A stretch of 64,000 nt of DNA. Source: the human T2T-CHM13v2.0 reference genome, Homo sapiens. A program made the translations under genes and the position numbers. Below, in pieces: positions 1 to 14,367 of this stretch (the stretch's first letter is position 1; each line of letters begins with the position of its first letter). The stretch lies in NCBI RefSeq assembly GCF_009914755.1, contig NC_060934.1; one strand, given 5' to 3'. The notes beneath the pieces are model-generated. The model saw only the letters and a list, made by a program, of their open reading frames with translations. It was not told the origin of the DNA and made no database searches.

Positions 1-23
1 GGCTAGTCTTGAACTCCTGGCCT
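1..23 (-). mobile_element. Alu fragment at window edge
   Basis: ggctagtcttgaactcctggcct matches the antisense Alu left arm (ggctggtctcgaactcctgacct). Confidence 0.5.
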
Positions 24-179
24 GCTTTGCTTCTTGAGAGAGGTACCTATGCAGAAGGTTCTCAAATTGTTCTCAAATGTAAAGCTTCTGAAAGCAGCCC
101 TTGGGACTATGTGTTTGTTGGTAATAATACAGATAGAATCAAGAAGGCTTGAACCACTTCTTTCTTAGAATATGGCTTA

Positions 180-330
180 TTGACCAAATGTCTCAAAATC
201 ACCCAGAAGCATGGTAAAATGCAGAATCCCAGGCCCAGTCTGATGGATTAATCAGAGTCTGTAGGACACAAGCCCCAGGAATGAACACTGTAACTGTGGT
301 CTTCAAATGATCCATGTGCTCCTGAAAGAT
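180..330. mobile_element. MER5-type hAT-Charlie DNA transposon relic
   Basis: aaaatcacccagaagcatggtaaaatgcagaatcccaggccc...aatcagagtct resembles the MER5 core. Confidence 0.5.
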
Positions 331-399
331 CCTTAAACCTTCTGCGGCCCCAGATGGAGTTATATTTGGAAATGAAGTTATGTTTAGAAATGAAGTGTG

Positions 400-455
400 G
401 AATCATCCTTTGGGACCCAGTTCAAATGTCACCTCCTCCAAGAAGCCTTCCTGAC
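400..455 (+). mobile_element. L2 fragment
   Basis: cagttcaaatgtcacctcctccaagaagccttcctgac is a typical L2 3' segment. Confidence 0.5.
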
Positions 456-614
456 TGTTCACCCATGTACTGGAGGATTTAGCATACATTGTTACACATC
501 TGTTGCTCAGCAATGAGAGCTGCTAACAATGGTAATACGTTGTATTTGGGTTTCTGTCCCTGGTGCGAGTGAATAAATTAATAGAAGGAACACCAAGGAA
601 CATCTTGTAGATCC

Positions 615-745
615 CCTTGTTTAGGAATGAAGAACCTGGCACCTATGCAGCGAAGTGGCCAGCTCAAGGCCACACGGATGACAGTGCAGAGCTAGGACTA
701 GTATCCAGGCTACTTCTGGACTCCTTGTCCAGTGCCCATTTCTCT
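615..745 (-). mobile_element. MIR SINE
   Basis: aagtggccagctcaaggccacac...gcagagctaggactagtatccagg matches the antisense MIR core. Confidence 0.6.
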
Positions 746-1059
746 CGCTCAGGCCAGCATCCTCGTTCAGGTGACTGGCAAGTCAGTTTCATTTAGAACT
801 TAAATCCTGACAGTTTTCCTGCCCTTTTCCCAACCTCACTGTATAGTGTGAAAGTCGTATCCTATCCAGACCTCTGACATCCTCTGTTGCTACCCCGACT
901 TGGGCCTGAGCTGGGAACAAGGGCAAGATTTTGCTAGGAGGTCTCTGAAGTGTCTTCAGGCCCGGCCTCCAGCTTCAGGTAGGGCATGTGTTTATTCTGT
1001 CTCTCTCTGCTTTCCTTCAGTTCGCAGCCCGCCAAGCCCGTTTGGCGAGCGTCCTCCCA

Positions 1060-1290
1060 GCTTCCTCTGAATTAATATAAATGGCTGCTGAGGGTGTCTC
1101 CCACTTCATTGTGAGCCACTAAGGGCTCAGGGTGCGATTTGCATATTGCTAATTACAGTTGATTCCAACTTTAGAGAAAATCATTGATCCGTTTATAACT
1201 TACAGTAATTTGCAAAGCAATTACCTTCTGGCATCTTCTTTCTTGCTGAAAATGTGTCATTATTTTTCTCTATGTTTCTTTTGAAAGAAA
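1060..1290. promoter_or_regulatory. Candidate enhancer (octamer + homeodomain + SOX motif cluster)
   Basis: Unique sequence with ATTTGCAT (1137-1144), TAATTA (1150-1155), CATTGT (1107-1112) and ATTGAT; motif evidence only. Confidence 0.35.
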
Positions 1291-1964
1291 AATGATCTGG
1301 GCATTATCACTATGAAGGACCAACTTCTCTGAAAGCCTGGAAGATGTAAATAAGTAAAATCATGGAGGGCTGGAACTATGACCTAAGACTCTTTAAATCA
1401 TACTCATCGCCCGCACATAGTAGGTGTGCAATCCATCTTTGGCTGAAAGAATAAATTGGAAACATCTTACATGGAATGTGTGATTGATACAGACACTGTG
1501 GGCAACTTTCTTCTCTGGTGTGGTGTGGGGGTGGGCGGCAGGTAGAGCCTCTTGAAGCTGGCCATCCAGGCTGGAATCCTCAACCTTCCTCTTGCTGGCT
1601 TTGTGAATTTAAAGAAAGATGCCCTTTTGTACCTCACATGTAAAGTGGAAGGGCAAGCTGTGCCTGCTTCCCTAGGTTTGATATAAAGATCAAACAAGAT
1701 GATATAGGTAATATGTGGTAGATGTTAAGTTATTGTTAGTGATTAATTTGCACTGATTCTTGGCATTGTTTGTTATGATTCAATAGGCAGATTGTCAATA
1801 TCCAGCCAGACGCCTCTAAGCAGTGAAAAAGGGCTCTATGCTGTGGACTGAGAGGACGCTGATGGTTGACCAGCCTCTGTTAACCTGCTGAAAGGAGTCC
1901 TATGAGCAGCAGGAAAACAGGCAGACCAGTCACAATTGGCCCAGAGGGCATTCATATGGGACAC

Positions 1965-2115
1965 AGGGTTTTGGTGGAAAGTCCTTGACTTTCGAGAGCT
2001 AAAATTCCTGAGTTTGAGTCATGGCTGTGCATCTACTGTGTGATCTTGGGCAAGTCACTCCACATCTCTGAGCCCCAGAGGGAAGAAAATAGGGATTATT
2101 AGGCCAATCTTGCAG
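1965..2115 (+). mobile_element. MIR SINE
   Basis: ctgtgtgatcttgggcaagtcactccacatctctgagcc, MIR core. Confidence 0.65.
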
Positions 2116-2289
2116 CCAGGGCTGGAGTAGTTGAGGACAGTGAGGCACTCACCTCGGGAGGCACCAAAATCAAAACCAGTGCATCTCATTCCCTCCTTCC
2201 TGCTCATTTAGACCCAGCCCTGAGTGGACGGACAGTAGTGAATACGACCCTCACTTGGGCTGCCCCATCTGGAGGTTCTCTTTTAGAGA

Positions 2290-2405
2290 AGTTGTTCTCA
2301 GTGTGGCTCCTACCTGCAGCAGCATCACCTAAGGACTTACTAAAATGTCAATTTGTGGACCCTACCCTAGATCTACTGAGTCAGGAGGTGAAGCCCAGCA
2401 AACGA
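2290..2405. mobile_element. MER5A-type DNA transposon relic
   Basis: gttctcagtgtgg...cagcagcatcacct...cttactaaaatg...ctactgagtcag. Confidence 0.55.
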
Positions 2406-3224
2406 CTAGTGAGAACCATTTCTTGGGGGGTGAGGCCATCTCTCTCCAGTTCAGGACCACATCTCTGTATCCTTCTCATCTTTTTGGTGTGTAATAAAAG
2501 TGTCAACTTTTTAAAGGTTAACAAATGACTTTCCCTATACCCTTCTGTCCCTTCCTCACCACTTCCCTCCCCAACCCTGGACACCCACATTAGTATGTAG
2601 ATTTTGAATAACCTGGAAATAGAGCTTTTTCTTTCTAGCTAGGGGCTACAGAGGGAGAAGGTTGAATGCAAAGGGACCATCTCTGTTTCTACAAGTTTAA
2701 TGCCCTGCTCCATTGTCTTTCATTTTCTTGTCATAGCAGACAGGTGAAATATCTCATTCGCCCACCGCTAGCACTGCCTTCAGAGTCCTGGCCTGCTAAG
2801 CTTGTGCTGTAGTTAAAGACACTTTAGCTGACACTCTTTTGATTCTTTTCTTTTAGAAAGCCAAGTGAGGAATAAACATGTTGTTTTTTCTCTTTTCCAT
2901 TTAAGTAAATCTCTTTCTTTCATTTTTAAAAAGCTCCTCGCTTCAGTGGGTTTTCATACTTACATTAATCCCATCAACTTTCTACTCGTACATCTTTGGA
3001 AGAGACATTAGAAAATAATCTCTCTGCTTATTTCACTCTGCCTGAACTCCCCCCACCCTGCCCCCAGTCTGGTCAAGCTAAAAGCTGTTTCTGCATAAAA
3101 ACCAAATTATCCTTTGGTCACACGCATTGAAGGGAGAATGTTTGGTTGTTAAAATGTAATTGGTTAATCTGTATTTGCAGGTTTCATTTCTTTCTCTGTT
3201 GACAAAGACAGCTATGTCCATGAA

Positions 3225-3438
3225 CAGAGCTGCTCGGTAGGACTTTCTGTGATGACGGAAATGTTCTGTATCTGCCTATCCAACACGGCAGCCACTAGCC
3301 ACAAGTTGGGTACTTGAAATATGGCTTGTCCAACTGAAGGACTGAATTTTAAATTTTATTTAATTTCAGTGCATTTAAATGTAAAATTTAAGAAGCCAAA
3401 TGTGGCTGGCTAATGGCCATAGTTGTGGACAATGAAAG
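3225..3438 (+). mobile_element. MER3 (hAT-Charlie MITE)
   Basis: actttctgtgatgacggaaatgttctgtatctg...agccactagccac...ctgaattttaaattttattt; 8-bp TSD tccatgaa (3217-3224) / tctatgaa (3439-3446). Confidence 0.85.
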
Positions 3439-4029
3439 TCTATGAACAAGATCACTCCTGGGTATAAGGAAATGACTCCCAAATGCTGCTCTGCAGAATC
3501 CCTGGACACCTGGGAAGTGGGGAGGGCTGGTCGGCTTCTCTGAATCTCCCCCAAGCTGCTCTAAACCTCATTTCCAACCCCCCACTCCCACCCAACCCTC
3601 AGCCCATGTGGCCATTGGGTGCCCAGACATATCTGGAGGGAGGGGTAGGTCCCACAGAGGTGGAGAGCCTGAGTCACAGGCAGGAAGCTCTAGGGCTGGC
3701 AGCTCAAATCCCTGGGATGAAGAAATATTTGAGCCTTTTTCTTAGTTGCTTGGGGTCTGAGGGTTGCTAATCTGGAGCACAGGCCTGTTGAAGAGCTGCA
3801 TGAAGAGTGATGAACCAAAGGTGATTTGCCTTCCAGGCATGAGATTCTGACATAACCAGGAGAGCTGGTATCAGAAGACAGGATCCAACCAGGAAAACAT
3901 ACAGCACTGTGAGTTTTGACAGCAGGGCATATTTAAAGCAATATGACGGAAAAGTTTCAAGCTGAAAGGAATGAGGCAACCCAGTGATTAGCAACAGCAG
4001 GAAGTAGTTGTCACCCCTAGCTAGGCTGG

Positions 4030-4335
4030 AGAGTCAAAGGGAAGAGATACTGTTACCAGAGCACAGGGGTGGAGGGGCTGAGGTGTCACCTGGAACCATG
4101 GGGTAGGTGTTTCTGTTGGGAGCTGGAGCCAATTAGGAGAAGCATCTGTTGCCATAGACACTGCCTCAGACAGGGAAGGAGGAGGAGGACAAACACCTTG
4201 CTTTCTCCTGCCTTCCAATCTCTTGCTAATGCCTTGCATTGGTCCACTCCAGCCAGAAGTCAGCTGACATAGGAGCCTGGGAAAGGCTGCCTCCCAGGTC
4301 CTTTCCTGTGATAGAGCAGGGCAGAGATGAGGACT
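4030..4335 (-). mobile_element. ERVL-class solo LTR (LTR33-like)
   Basis: Reverse strand reads ctctgccctgctct...cttctggctggagtggaccaatg...aagagattggaaggcaggag; similar elements lie at 15960 and 31230. Confidence 0.5.
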
Positions 4336-4340
4336 GGCCA

Positions 4341-4365
4341 TGTGTGTGTGTTTGTGTGTGTGTGT
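4341..4365. repeat. (TG)n microsatellite, interrupted
   Basis: tgtgtgtgtgtttgtgtgtgtgtgt. Confidence 0.9.
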
Positions 4366-4704
4366 TTAAAATGTGGGTCTCTATTGTTTCCCTAGCACAA
4401 AGTTACAGAAGGCAAAAACCATATCTCATCTACCTATGCTTCCTAGTCTTCCCCCTCCTCCAACAGCTGCCTCCCCACCCCAACACCAAGTATGCCCAGT
4501 TCAGAGCTCTGCCCTTCTAGGAGGTGTCAGTGGTGTTGATGGAATAGACCTCTTAGAAAGGATGCTGTAGAGTGAAGGAAAGAGATAGTTCCATCTTCTC
4601 CATGGAGTGGACAGAAGGTTGTAGATGCCAGAGGAAGAAACTGATCAACAAAAGCTGAGAAATTAGGGAAGGCTTCCCAGAGGATGGGACTTGGGCTGGG
4701 TTAG

Positions 4705-5094
<390 letters not shown>

Positions 5095-6069
5095 CAGAGC
5101 CTGTTTTCTTATATGGGCTTGGTAATGTGTCCCTGGGAATGTGATGGTTATGAATTGCCTCTGACTGAACTTGTCTGAAATGTTTGTATCTCTGGGAGGA
5201 AGTCACTGGTTGGGGTTTGATGCAGGCTGCACCAGGCCTGGCATGAGCTGCTGGGGGTTCAGCGGGAGCTCAGGGGGACAGGCTGCTGAGAAACTCCCAG
5301 GCAGTGGCATTAATTAGGAGGCTGACAGCACCAGCCAAAATGTTTGAGACATGACACTGAGTTGTTTTTATACTATTTACTTACACCTCATAAGCGAGTG
5401 AGAAAACTAATCAGCCTGGCCCTGGAGCTCTTGGGTGCAGCCTGGCTGGAATCACTGAGCCTGTGGAGGAGAAAAGAAGGTAAAAATTCATGATAAATGT
5501 GTAGGAACTAAGGGGCCAGAGAAATCTCTTCAGGACAAGGTCATTCTATCCATCTATCTGTGCACCCATGCACCCATGCATCCATCCATCCATTACCTGT
5601 TTGCATAGGGCGATGGGCAGGCCACATCTTCAGTGCACACTGAGCTGGTCCTTACCTGGCCTGTCAAGCAGACCCAGTTCTCTAGCCCTCAGACCCCTTC
5701 TGCCTCCATGATCAGGTGGTGAAGCACTCTTGCTTGAGTTCCCCCTGTTGTCCCCTCATGCCAGCCCTGTGCCAGACCTTAGAAGGGATCAACAGTAAGC
5801 ATAAAGACAGCCTGGTCCTCAAGAAACTGCACATTTAGTTGAGGAGACAGCACATCCACTCTGAAAACAGTACGATACAGTATATGAAAATATTCGAAGG
5901 CACACTTAAATGTCTGTAGACACTAAGAAGTACTAGTAGGCCACAGGGGGTAGAGGGGTGGCCAGCTAATATTTAAAGAGAGAGGTGAGCTTTCAAAGGG
6001 CTTCACAAAGTGAAATGAATGAGACATAAAAAGGGAGAGAAATTATCCGAGTTGAGTATCTGCTATGAT

Positions 6070-6210
6070 GGTTAGGATTCCCATTTTGCTAATGAGGAGA
6101 CAGAGGCAACCTGAGAGATCCAATAACATGCCTAATACCACACTGCAGGAGCAGAGCTGGCTTTGAGCCCATATATTCTCAGACTCCAAAACTCTTGCTT
6201 TTTCTACTCC
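6070..6210 (-). mobile_element. MIR SINE
   Basis: cccattttgctaatgaggagacagaggc...gcagagctggctttgagccc...gactccaaa. Confidence 0.65.
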
Positions 6211-7534
6211 TCTGCCTCTCTGGCTGAGGGTGGCTGAGAGGGCATTGCCACTACCCTGTGCAAATCCCTTCTGATGCTCACTGGGAAGCTTGGCTGCCGT
6301 GCACCAAGTGCTGGATAAACGTTTGTTCCACTGTGAAATGACTTTCCATTTCTGAGTTGTTTTTGATTCGACCAGTCTCGAATACCCATTGCCTAACACA
6401 CATCCTTTTCCATTGGAGGAGAAAATGGGGGTAGGGTTATTTATCATTTTTATTGCTATCTGAGAATAAGTAAGATCTTTTAAAGTGTAAGATTGTTTCT
6501 GATCGCAGCTGAATCCAACGTGGACCCCATGAAAGCTCTCCCAGGATGTCTGCTGGCATACCAGTTTCACAGGTAGTTAAACTGAACTTTCCAGAGGTTA
6601 TTTTACTGGCTACTGCCAAGAACCCAGGTTTTCTTTTGGTCTGGCCTCTCCCGGCCGAATCTCAGGAGAACTGGGGGCTGTAAGGAGTTTCTCATGGTCT
6701 CTGGACCAAAGTGGTATAAAACAACCTTGCCAAGCAATGCTTTCCTGGGGCCAGGGACCCTAGGGAACCTTTCCTTGCTTTCTCTGGCCCCCATGGCAAG
6801 CCCAGTCAGACCTTAGAAGGGAGCGCGTGCCACTGCTGTGTGCATGACTTAAAATAATGAGGCAGTTGTCTTGCAAGAGGAGACAAATCACTAGGAAGGG
6901 TTTTTTTTTCACAGGTCAGCAGGTTTGGGACTCAGATACATTAATATGGAAAATTACTTTTCCTTCTGAGTGGGGACTTGAGGGTGGGTGGGGGCGCCAG
7001 GGCTACGCTTTCTGGTCTGAGATGTGTGGTTCAGTTTCCTTCTGTGGGACAAGCGGGGACTTCAGTGCCCAGTGTCTACAGCCCCTCTTGACCTTGAAGT
7101 CCATCACACACCTGCCTCGGAGACCTCCTGCCCCTCCTCGCTGCTCTGGGAGGGGGCTTCCTCTAATTTGTCACACAGCGGTTTCCCTCTCCCCGGACTT
7201 TCCCCTCTTCCCTCTGCTCCTTCCAGACACGTCCCCATCTCTCTGCCTTTGCTGGGCTGGTCCCTCCTCTTCTCCTCTCCATCCCAGCAGCCCCCAGAGC
7301 TATCTCCTCTGTAAGCTTCTCCCACTCCTCCTTTCTCCTCACCTGTGGACCCTCTTGGGTGCTGCTTCCTTGTTTTTTTTCAGCTGCCCTATCTCCTCAG
7401 CTGGGTCTGACTTCCTTCAGGAGAGGAACTGATTCTAATGGCCAACATCAGGGGCTTGGCAGGGGTCAGAAAGACCTGCACTGGTGCTTTCATGACAGCT
7501 CTTCTCATGGTCTGCCTTGCGGAGGGATCCTGTG

Positions 7535-7760
7535 GAAACAGAGAAAGGGCCTTGGATTCCAGCTTTGGACATGTCCTGGATTTAAATCCTGGTTCTGTCA
7601 CTTCCTGCTTTGGGAACTTGAGGAGGGTGCAGACCTCTCCAAGGCTCCTTTTCCATCGATATGATGGGAGCAGCTAGTCTCCATCTCATGGCGGGCTGTG
7701 AGGATGAAGGGCCATGATGCTGGAAAGTACCTCACACAGCAGCTGGCCCAGAGTGGGAGG
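7535..7760 (+). mobile_element. MIR SINE
   Basis: cctggatttaaatcctggttctgtcacttcctgc...gctgtgaggatgaa...cacagcagctggc. Confidence 0.6.
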
Positions 7761-7993
7761 CTGGAGAAGAAATGTCAGCAGGTGCCTCCTGTCTGCCATA
7801 GGGCCTTGCGCCGCGCTGGTGAAACCAATTAGTTCAACTGACTCAATGCCCCCAGGCCTGTGAGAAGGAATCTCCCCTCTCGGAAGAGCTAAGGCTTGGT
7901 TCTTTCAAGACCACCTGCAGGTGAAGCGTCTCCATGTGGGGCAGGGCCAGTGGGCTTCACAGGCAGCTGCTTTTTGTTTCCAGATTCCCCTTC

Positions 7994-8641
7994 ATGAAAG
8001 ATACCTGCACTCCCATGTGTGTTGCAGCCCTGTTCACAGGAGCCAAGATTTGGAAGCAACCTCAGTGTCCATCAACAGATGAATGCATAAAGCAAATGTG
8101 GTACCTATACACAATGGAGTACTATTCAGTCATAAAAAGGAATGCCATCCCGTCATTTGCAATAACATGGATGGAACTGGGGGTCCTTATGTTAAGTAAA
8201 ATAAGCCAGGCACAGAAAGACCAACATTGCATGTTCTCACTTCACTTATTTGTGGGATCTAGAAACCAAAACAATTGAACCCATGGAGATAGAGTAGGAT
8301 GGTTACCAGAGGCTTGGAAGGGTAGTAGGGGGATGGTTAATGGGTGTAAAAACAGATTGAATGAATAAAAGACCTACAATTTGATAGCACAAAAGGGTGA
8401 CTACAGTCAATAGTAACTTAATTGTACATTTAAAAATAACTGAAAGAGTATAATTGAATTGTTTGCAACACAAAGAATAAATGCTTGAGGGGATGGACAC
8501 CCCACTTTCCATGATGGGATTATTGTGCATTGCATACCTGTATCAAAACATCGCATGTACCCCACAAATACATACACTCACTATGTAGTCACAAAAAATA
8601 AAAAAAACAAAATTATACAACAAAACAAAAAACAAAACCCA
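7994..8641 (+). mobile_element. 5'-truncated L1MA (L1MA2/3-like) 3' end
   Basis: ORF 7934-8278 holds an ORF2 C-terminal relic (KDTCTPM...WKQPQCPS...MEYYS), followed by 3'UTR and A-rich tail; degenerate TSD cagattccccttc (7981) / caaattctccttc (8642). Confidence 0.9.
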
Positions 8642-8904
8642 CAAATTCTCCTTCTGGTTTCTGTATAGTCCAGGCAAGGCTGGATTTCCAAGGCCTTACT
8701 AAGTTCTCAGACACAGCAATGAGACAACAGAGGATGGAGTAGTGATAAGAGCAGAGGGATTGGGGCTGGCCATCTGGGTCCAGGGCCCCCAGCACTTTGT
8801 ACCACGACCACAGGTCTTTTCCCAGTCAGCGTTGTATTGTGTTTGGCAACTGGGCAGAGAGGTCCAAACTGTTCTGGGGTCAAGTTGGGCTGAGATGTGT
8901 GGAT

Positions 8905-9060
8905 GCTGTATGGGCTTGGGCAAAAGGTGGCACTGTCGTTTCTTCATGTGCAAACATGGGAGAGTCATCGTGTGTGCCTCAGATGGCCAGCGAGCGATTG
9001 CAATGAGATGCGGTGAGCATGGTGCTTAGCGCTGCCTGGCACAGAGGGAGCCTGCAGTGG
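8905..9060 (+). mobile_element. MIR SINE
   Basis: gtttcttcatgtgcaaacatggg...gtgcttagcgctgcctggcacagag. Confidence 0.55.
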
Positions 9061-9387
9061 TGGACTCATCCATGGTTACGAACACACGGGATCTGGCTCA
9101 CCCACTTTCAGCGGGGGCTTTCCCCCAGAGACCCCTCTCTTAGCTCCTGGTTCATCTCTCCAAGAAACAACCCCAAAGACATCTCTGCTTCCAAGCTCTT
9201 GAAGTGAAGCAACTGAGGCCTCCCGCTGGTGCGCAGTAATCCCTGATCCATGCGTTCATTGAGGGGGGCACTGGGGGAAGAAACAGGGGTCAAAATCCTT
9301 CTGTGATAACACCAACAACCTCTTCTGCCCTCTGGGAGCCAAAACCACACTCCTTATCAAAGAAGAGCATTAATTTCCGGGCTTCCT

Positions 9388-10150
<763 letters not shown>

Positions 10151-10833
10151 GTTCTGTTTCAGAATCAGAATGGTCCCCCTGCTCCCCGCACTAGCCCATC
10201 AATCCCCAGGGACTGGAGCTGGAACAGGTCAAACTTGTCAATTCAGGGCTTGGTCGAAAGCAGGATCTGCCATGAGACCAGGAGACTCTGATCCTGGCAG
10301 CCATCACTGCTGCCACTGCTGCTGCTGAAGATTGAAGAGGACGGGATGTGAGGCCAGCTCTGAGCCTGGGCGTCTTGCCAGAGCTGCCAACACGAAGTTG
10401 CATTTTGTCGTCTGCTCCCTTTGCCTGATTTAATACAACCTTAAATAATAATGGAGCAGGGAGAAGAGGGGCGAGGGAGAAACAACCCAGCCAAGAATCT
10501 GTGTAACAATCTCATCAAACCTGGGGTTTTCCCTTTGCTTTTTGAGAAGCAACTTCTCCTCTGATGTAAACATTTTTTTTTTAAATGATGATTCTGGGCT
10601 GAGTGGCACCAGGAGCCATCGCTTGGTGCTTTTCTCCAGCTCCCTCTGGTCCTCAGAGGAGGCAGAACAGGGCCTGTAACCATGGCAATTCTCTAATGTT
10701 CTTTCATAAACCATAAATATAGGGGAAGGCTTCATTACAGCTCCTTCAAGAAGAAAACAAAGCTTTCCCTGAATGGGGCAGGGCAGGGTGGCGGGGGGAG
10801 AGGGGAGGAGAAGGGAAGAAGGAAGACTTTAGG

Positions 10834-10834
<1 letters not shown>

Positions 10835-10864
<30 letters not shown>
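10835..10864. repeat. T30 homopolymer
   Basis: 30 consecutive T. Confidence 0.95.
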
Positions 10865-10866
<2 letters not shown>

Positions 10867-12404
10867 CATAAAGACAAACTGCGTCAGAATTGGCTCAGTT
10901 CAGAATGTGGCTCCAGCATTTAAGCAAGATGTAGCCCAGGGCCAGGCACAAAGCAGGTGCTCCTTAAGTATTAGTTGAAAGCAGGAAGGGAGAAAAGCAG
11001 GGAGGGAGTGATGTGGAAGGGAGAGGATTTGGAATCACACAGAGTAAATGTGAGTGGCCAGATGAGCCCACATTTTGAAAGGGTTTAATGTTCTGCTGAC
11101 CTGTCTAACAGGCCCCTTGGAAGAGCAAGATGATGTACAGATTGTCCTACCTGAAGACTGTGGAGGAGAGGAGGGTGTCTCATCTCCCCAGTCTCCAAAT
11201 CGTCAGCATTAAGAAGTGTTTGTTGAATAAACTGAATAAACAAATGAAGAGATGAGTGGACCAAATTTTTAAATGTCTTGGGAAGGGGTCATAATCATAT
11301 TGAGAATATAAATATAATGAAAACTATGACTTCTTATTCCAAAATTACACTTATGAAAACACATTTTATGTGTCATTTCAGGATGTTTACAGATACTGAT
11401 GACCATCCCTAGAATTCATATTGAGAATTTCCGTGCCACATTAACTTCCAGATGTCCTTGGGAAAAGTGTCTACTATGCTGCCTTGGTTTCCTCAATGAG
11501 AGTGAGAACAAATGGATCTGAAGAGGTGATCTTGGCCCTAATTTCCAAGTTCTGGGAAGATAAACAGGGTTTTCTTTTGAATCCTTCGGAGCCTGGGAGC
11601 TTCAAGAGAAACTCAACTCCAGGCACTTGAACTGACAGAGAATTTAGATTCTCCTCCAGGGAAAGGGGCAGAGCATGGATCCTGGCTTTGAGCCGCCTCC
11701 CAGCTTTTCTGTTGTCCTTGAGGCTGCTACGTTAACACTGTCCTTGCTTTGTGTGGTTTTGCTGTTACTACCTGTCCTGTGGATTTCTGACAATTACAAG
11801 CCGTGTACCCCACCACACATGCAAGCATTTCTCATTTATTCTGAGTACTTTAAGGACTGCCCAATCTGAATGCAGAGAACTATGTCTCATTCATTTTTGT
11901 GTGTCCAGGCCCTCACAGGGTTTGGGGATCCTGATATAGGGTTGGATTCGGTGACCTCTCAAATCCTCTTCAGCACTTTCATGCACAGAAGCCAGCATCC
12001 TCTGGACTGTCATTATCCAGTTTTATTAAAGCAGGTTACAATATAAAAGAACCCATCATCAGCCATCATCACTGATCTTGGATAGCTTGCCCTTGGCTGG
12101 TGGCCTAAGGATTCCTTTCTTTTTTTACCTATCAAAATCATTCTTGTACATAAGCTGTCCCCCTCCCTGCAAAGTATTCCTTGACTATCATAGACAAAAT
12201 ATGTCACTCCCTTCCCTCTTCCCATGATCTTTGCTTTACATTCAAATGTCACCATTTTATGGATCCATTTGTTTTCTTTATCGGATTGTAAATTCCTTGA
12301 GGGTGGAGACTGGATCTAATTCAACATGGTATCCCATGGTTCCTTGCCATGGGATATAGTGAAAATGCAGCAAGTGTGGGACTTGGTGAACAGCGGATAG
12401 TTCA

Positions 12405-12715
12405 CTTGCTGCAGAGGATGGGTTTTTCTTTCTCTACCCATGCCCTTTGACTTTGAGTTTGGCCATTGGACTTGCTTTGGCCAATGGGATGCTCACAGAC
12501 ACCATGCAAGTAGAGGCTTAGAACATGTGTATGAACTTGACTTGCCCTCTGTGCTGTTAGGTCTCCTGACCTAAGGAGGAGGATGAGAAACACATGGACC
12601 AGACCTGCCCCAGCCAATCCGCAAGCCTGTGAGTGACAAATAAATGCATATTATTGGATGTCACTGATATTTGGAGGTTGTTTGTTTGTTAATGCAGCAA
12701 CTGTTGCTTAATACA
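12405..12715 (+). mobile_element. MaLR solo LTR (old MLT1 type)
   Basis: gacttgctttggccaatgggatg...aaataaatgc...gttgtttg...gcagcaa...taataca terminus. Confidence 0.7.
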
Positions 12716-13007
12716 ATTGTTAACTTAAAATGTAGGCTGAAAAACATAGGAGGCCTTGTGATGTTCATTGTCTTTATGGGTTGAGGTGGACATTTTAGAA
12801 AGAATGAAACAATCAGTGACTTGAAGAAGTGGTTGCTTATTCCTCGAATGGAAGACTGAAGGAAGGAAAAAAATATTTTCCCCCAAATCTTTCCTACAAG
12901 CCAAGCTTGTTGCTGCTAAAACCTGAAGGATGATGACTTTTGTGAGGGAAAGAATGAAATGGGGTTTCTTTGAAAAGCAGCACTTTTCCCCCTATAGTTA
13001 CAAATGG

Positions 13008-13035
13008 TGTTGTTTTTGTTGTTGTTGTTGTTGTT
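13008..13035. repeat. (GTT)n microsatellite
   Basis: tgttgtttttgttgttgttgttgttgtt. Confidence 0.9.
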
Positions 13036-13480
13036 TTCCCGTTGCTGACTTCTGTGAGTAACTCTGCAGCCTAAAATAATGTCTGTGTGTGCTTGCGAGG
13101 GTGTATGGATTTCAGACAAAGAGTCTGACTTAGATGCCTTTTGGAAAATTGGCCCTTTCCGTCATTCCGTCATGGGGTTCCCTGGCCAGCTCACTGGATT
13201 ACTGCTGGCATAAGGGATGGGACACAAGAGGTGAGGGAGCCTAACTGGGCTTCCATCCTCGCCTGTGGCGTGAGAGTTTTCACACAGTGCACTCTCTTCA
13301 AGACCTGGACTTGCCAGAGCATGATAGTGGCCAGGCAAGAGGGTGCATGGTCCTTCTTCAAGCCAAACTTCTCACCCACTTCTAATCCGCAGCAGTTCCC
13401 AAGGAACTGGAGCCCAGTGCTGGGGCCTGAAAGTCATCCTGTGGGGCCTTGTGGTGGCCACAGCTGGGATGGCAGTTTTA

Positions 13481-14367
<887 letters not shown>

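Noticed and set aside
358-393. Short imperfect tandem duplications (18 bp here; others near 29602 and 45764)
   Set aside because: Ordinary slippage products with two copies and no spacers; they are not arrays or CRISPR-like.
6043-7432. 175-aa and 191-aa ORFs
   Set aside because: One overlaps a MIR and the other a CT-rich low-complexity tract; neither has a recognisable domain.
11260-11430. Probable ancient hAT-type MITE relics (also about 44830-45010)
   Set aside because: Too diverged to assign a family or boundaries by eye.
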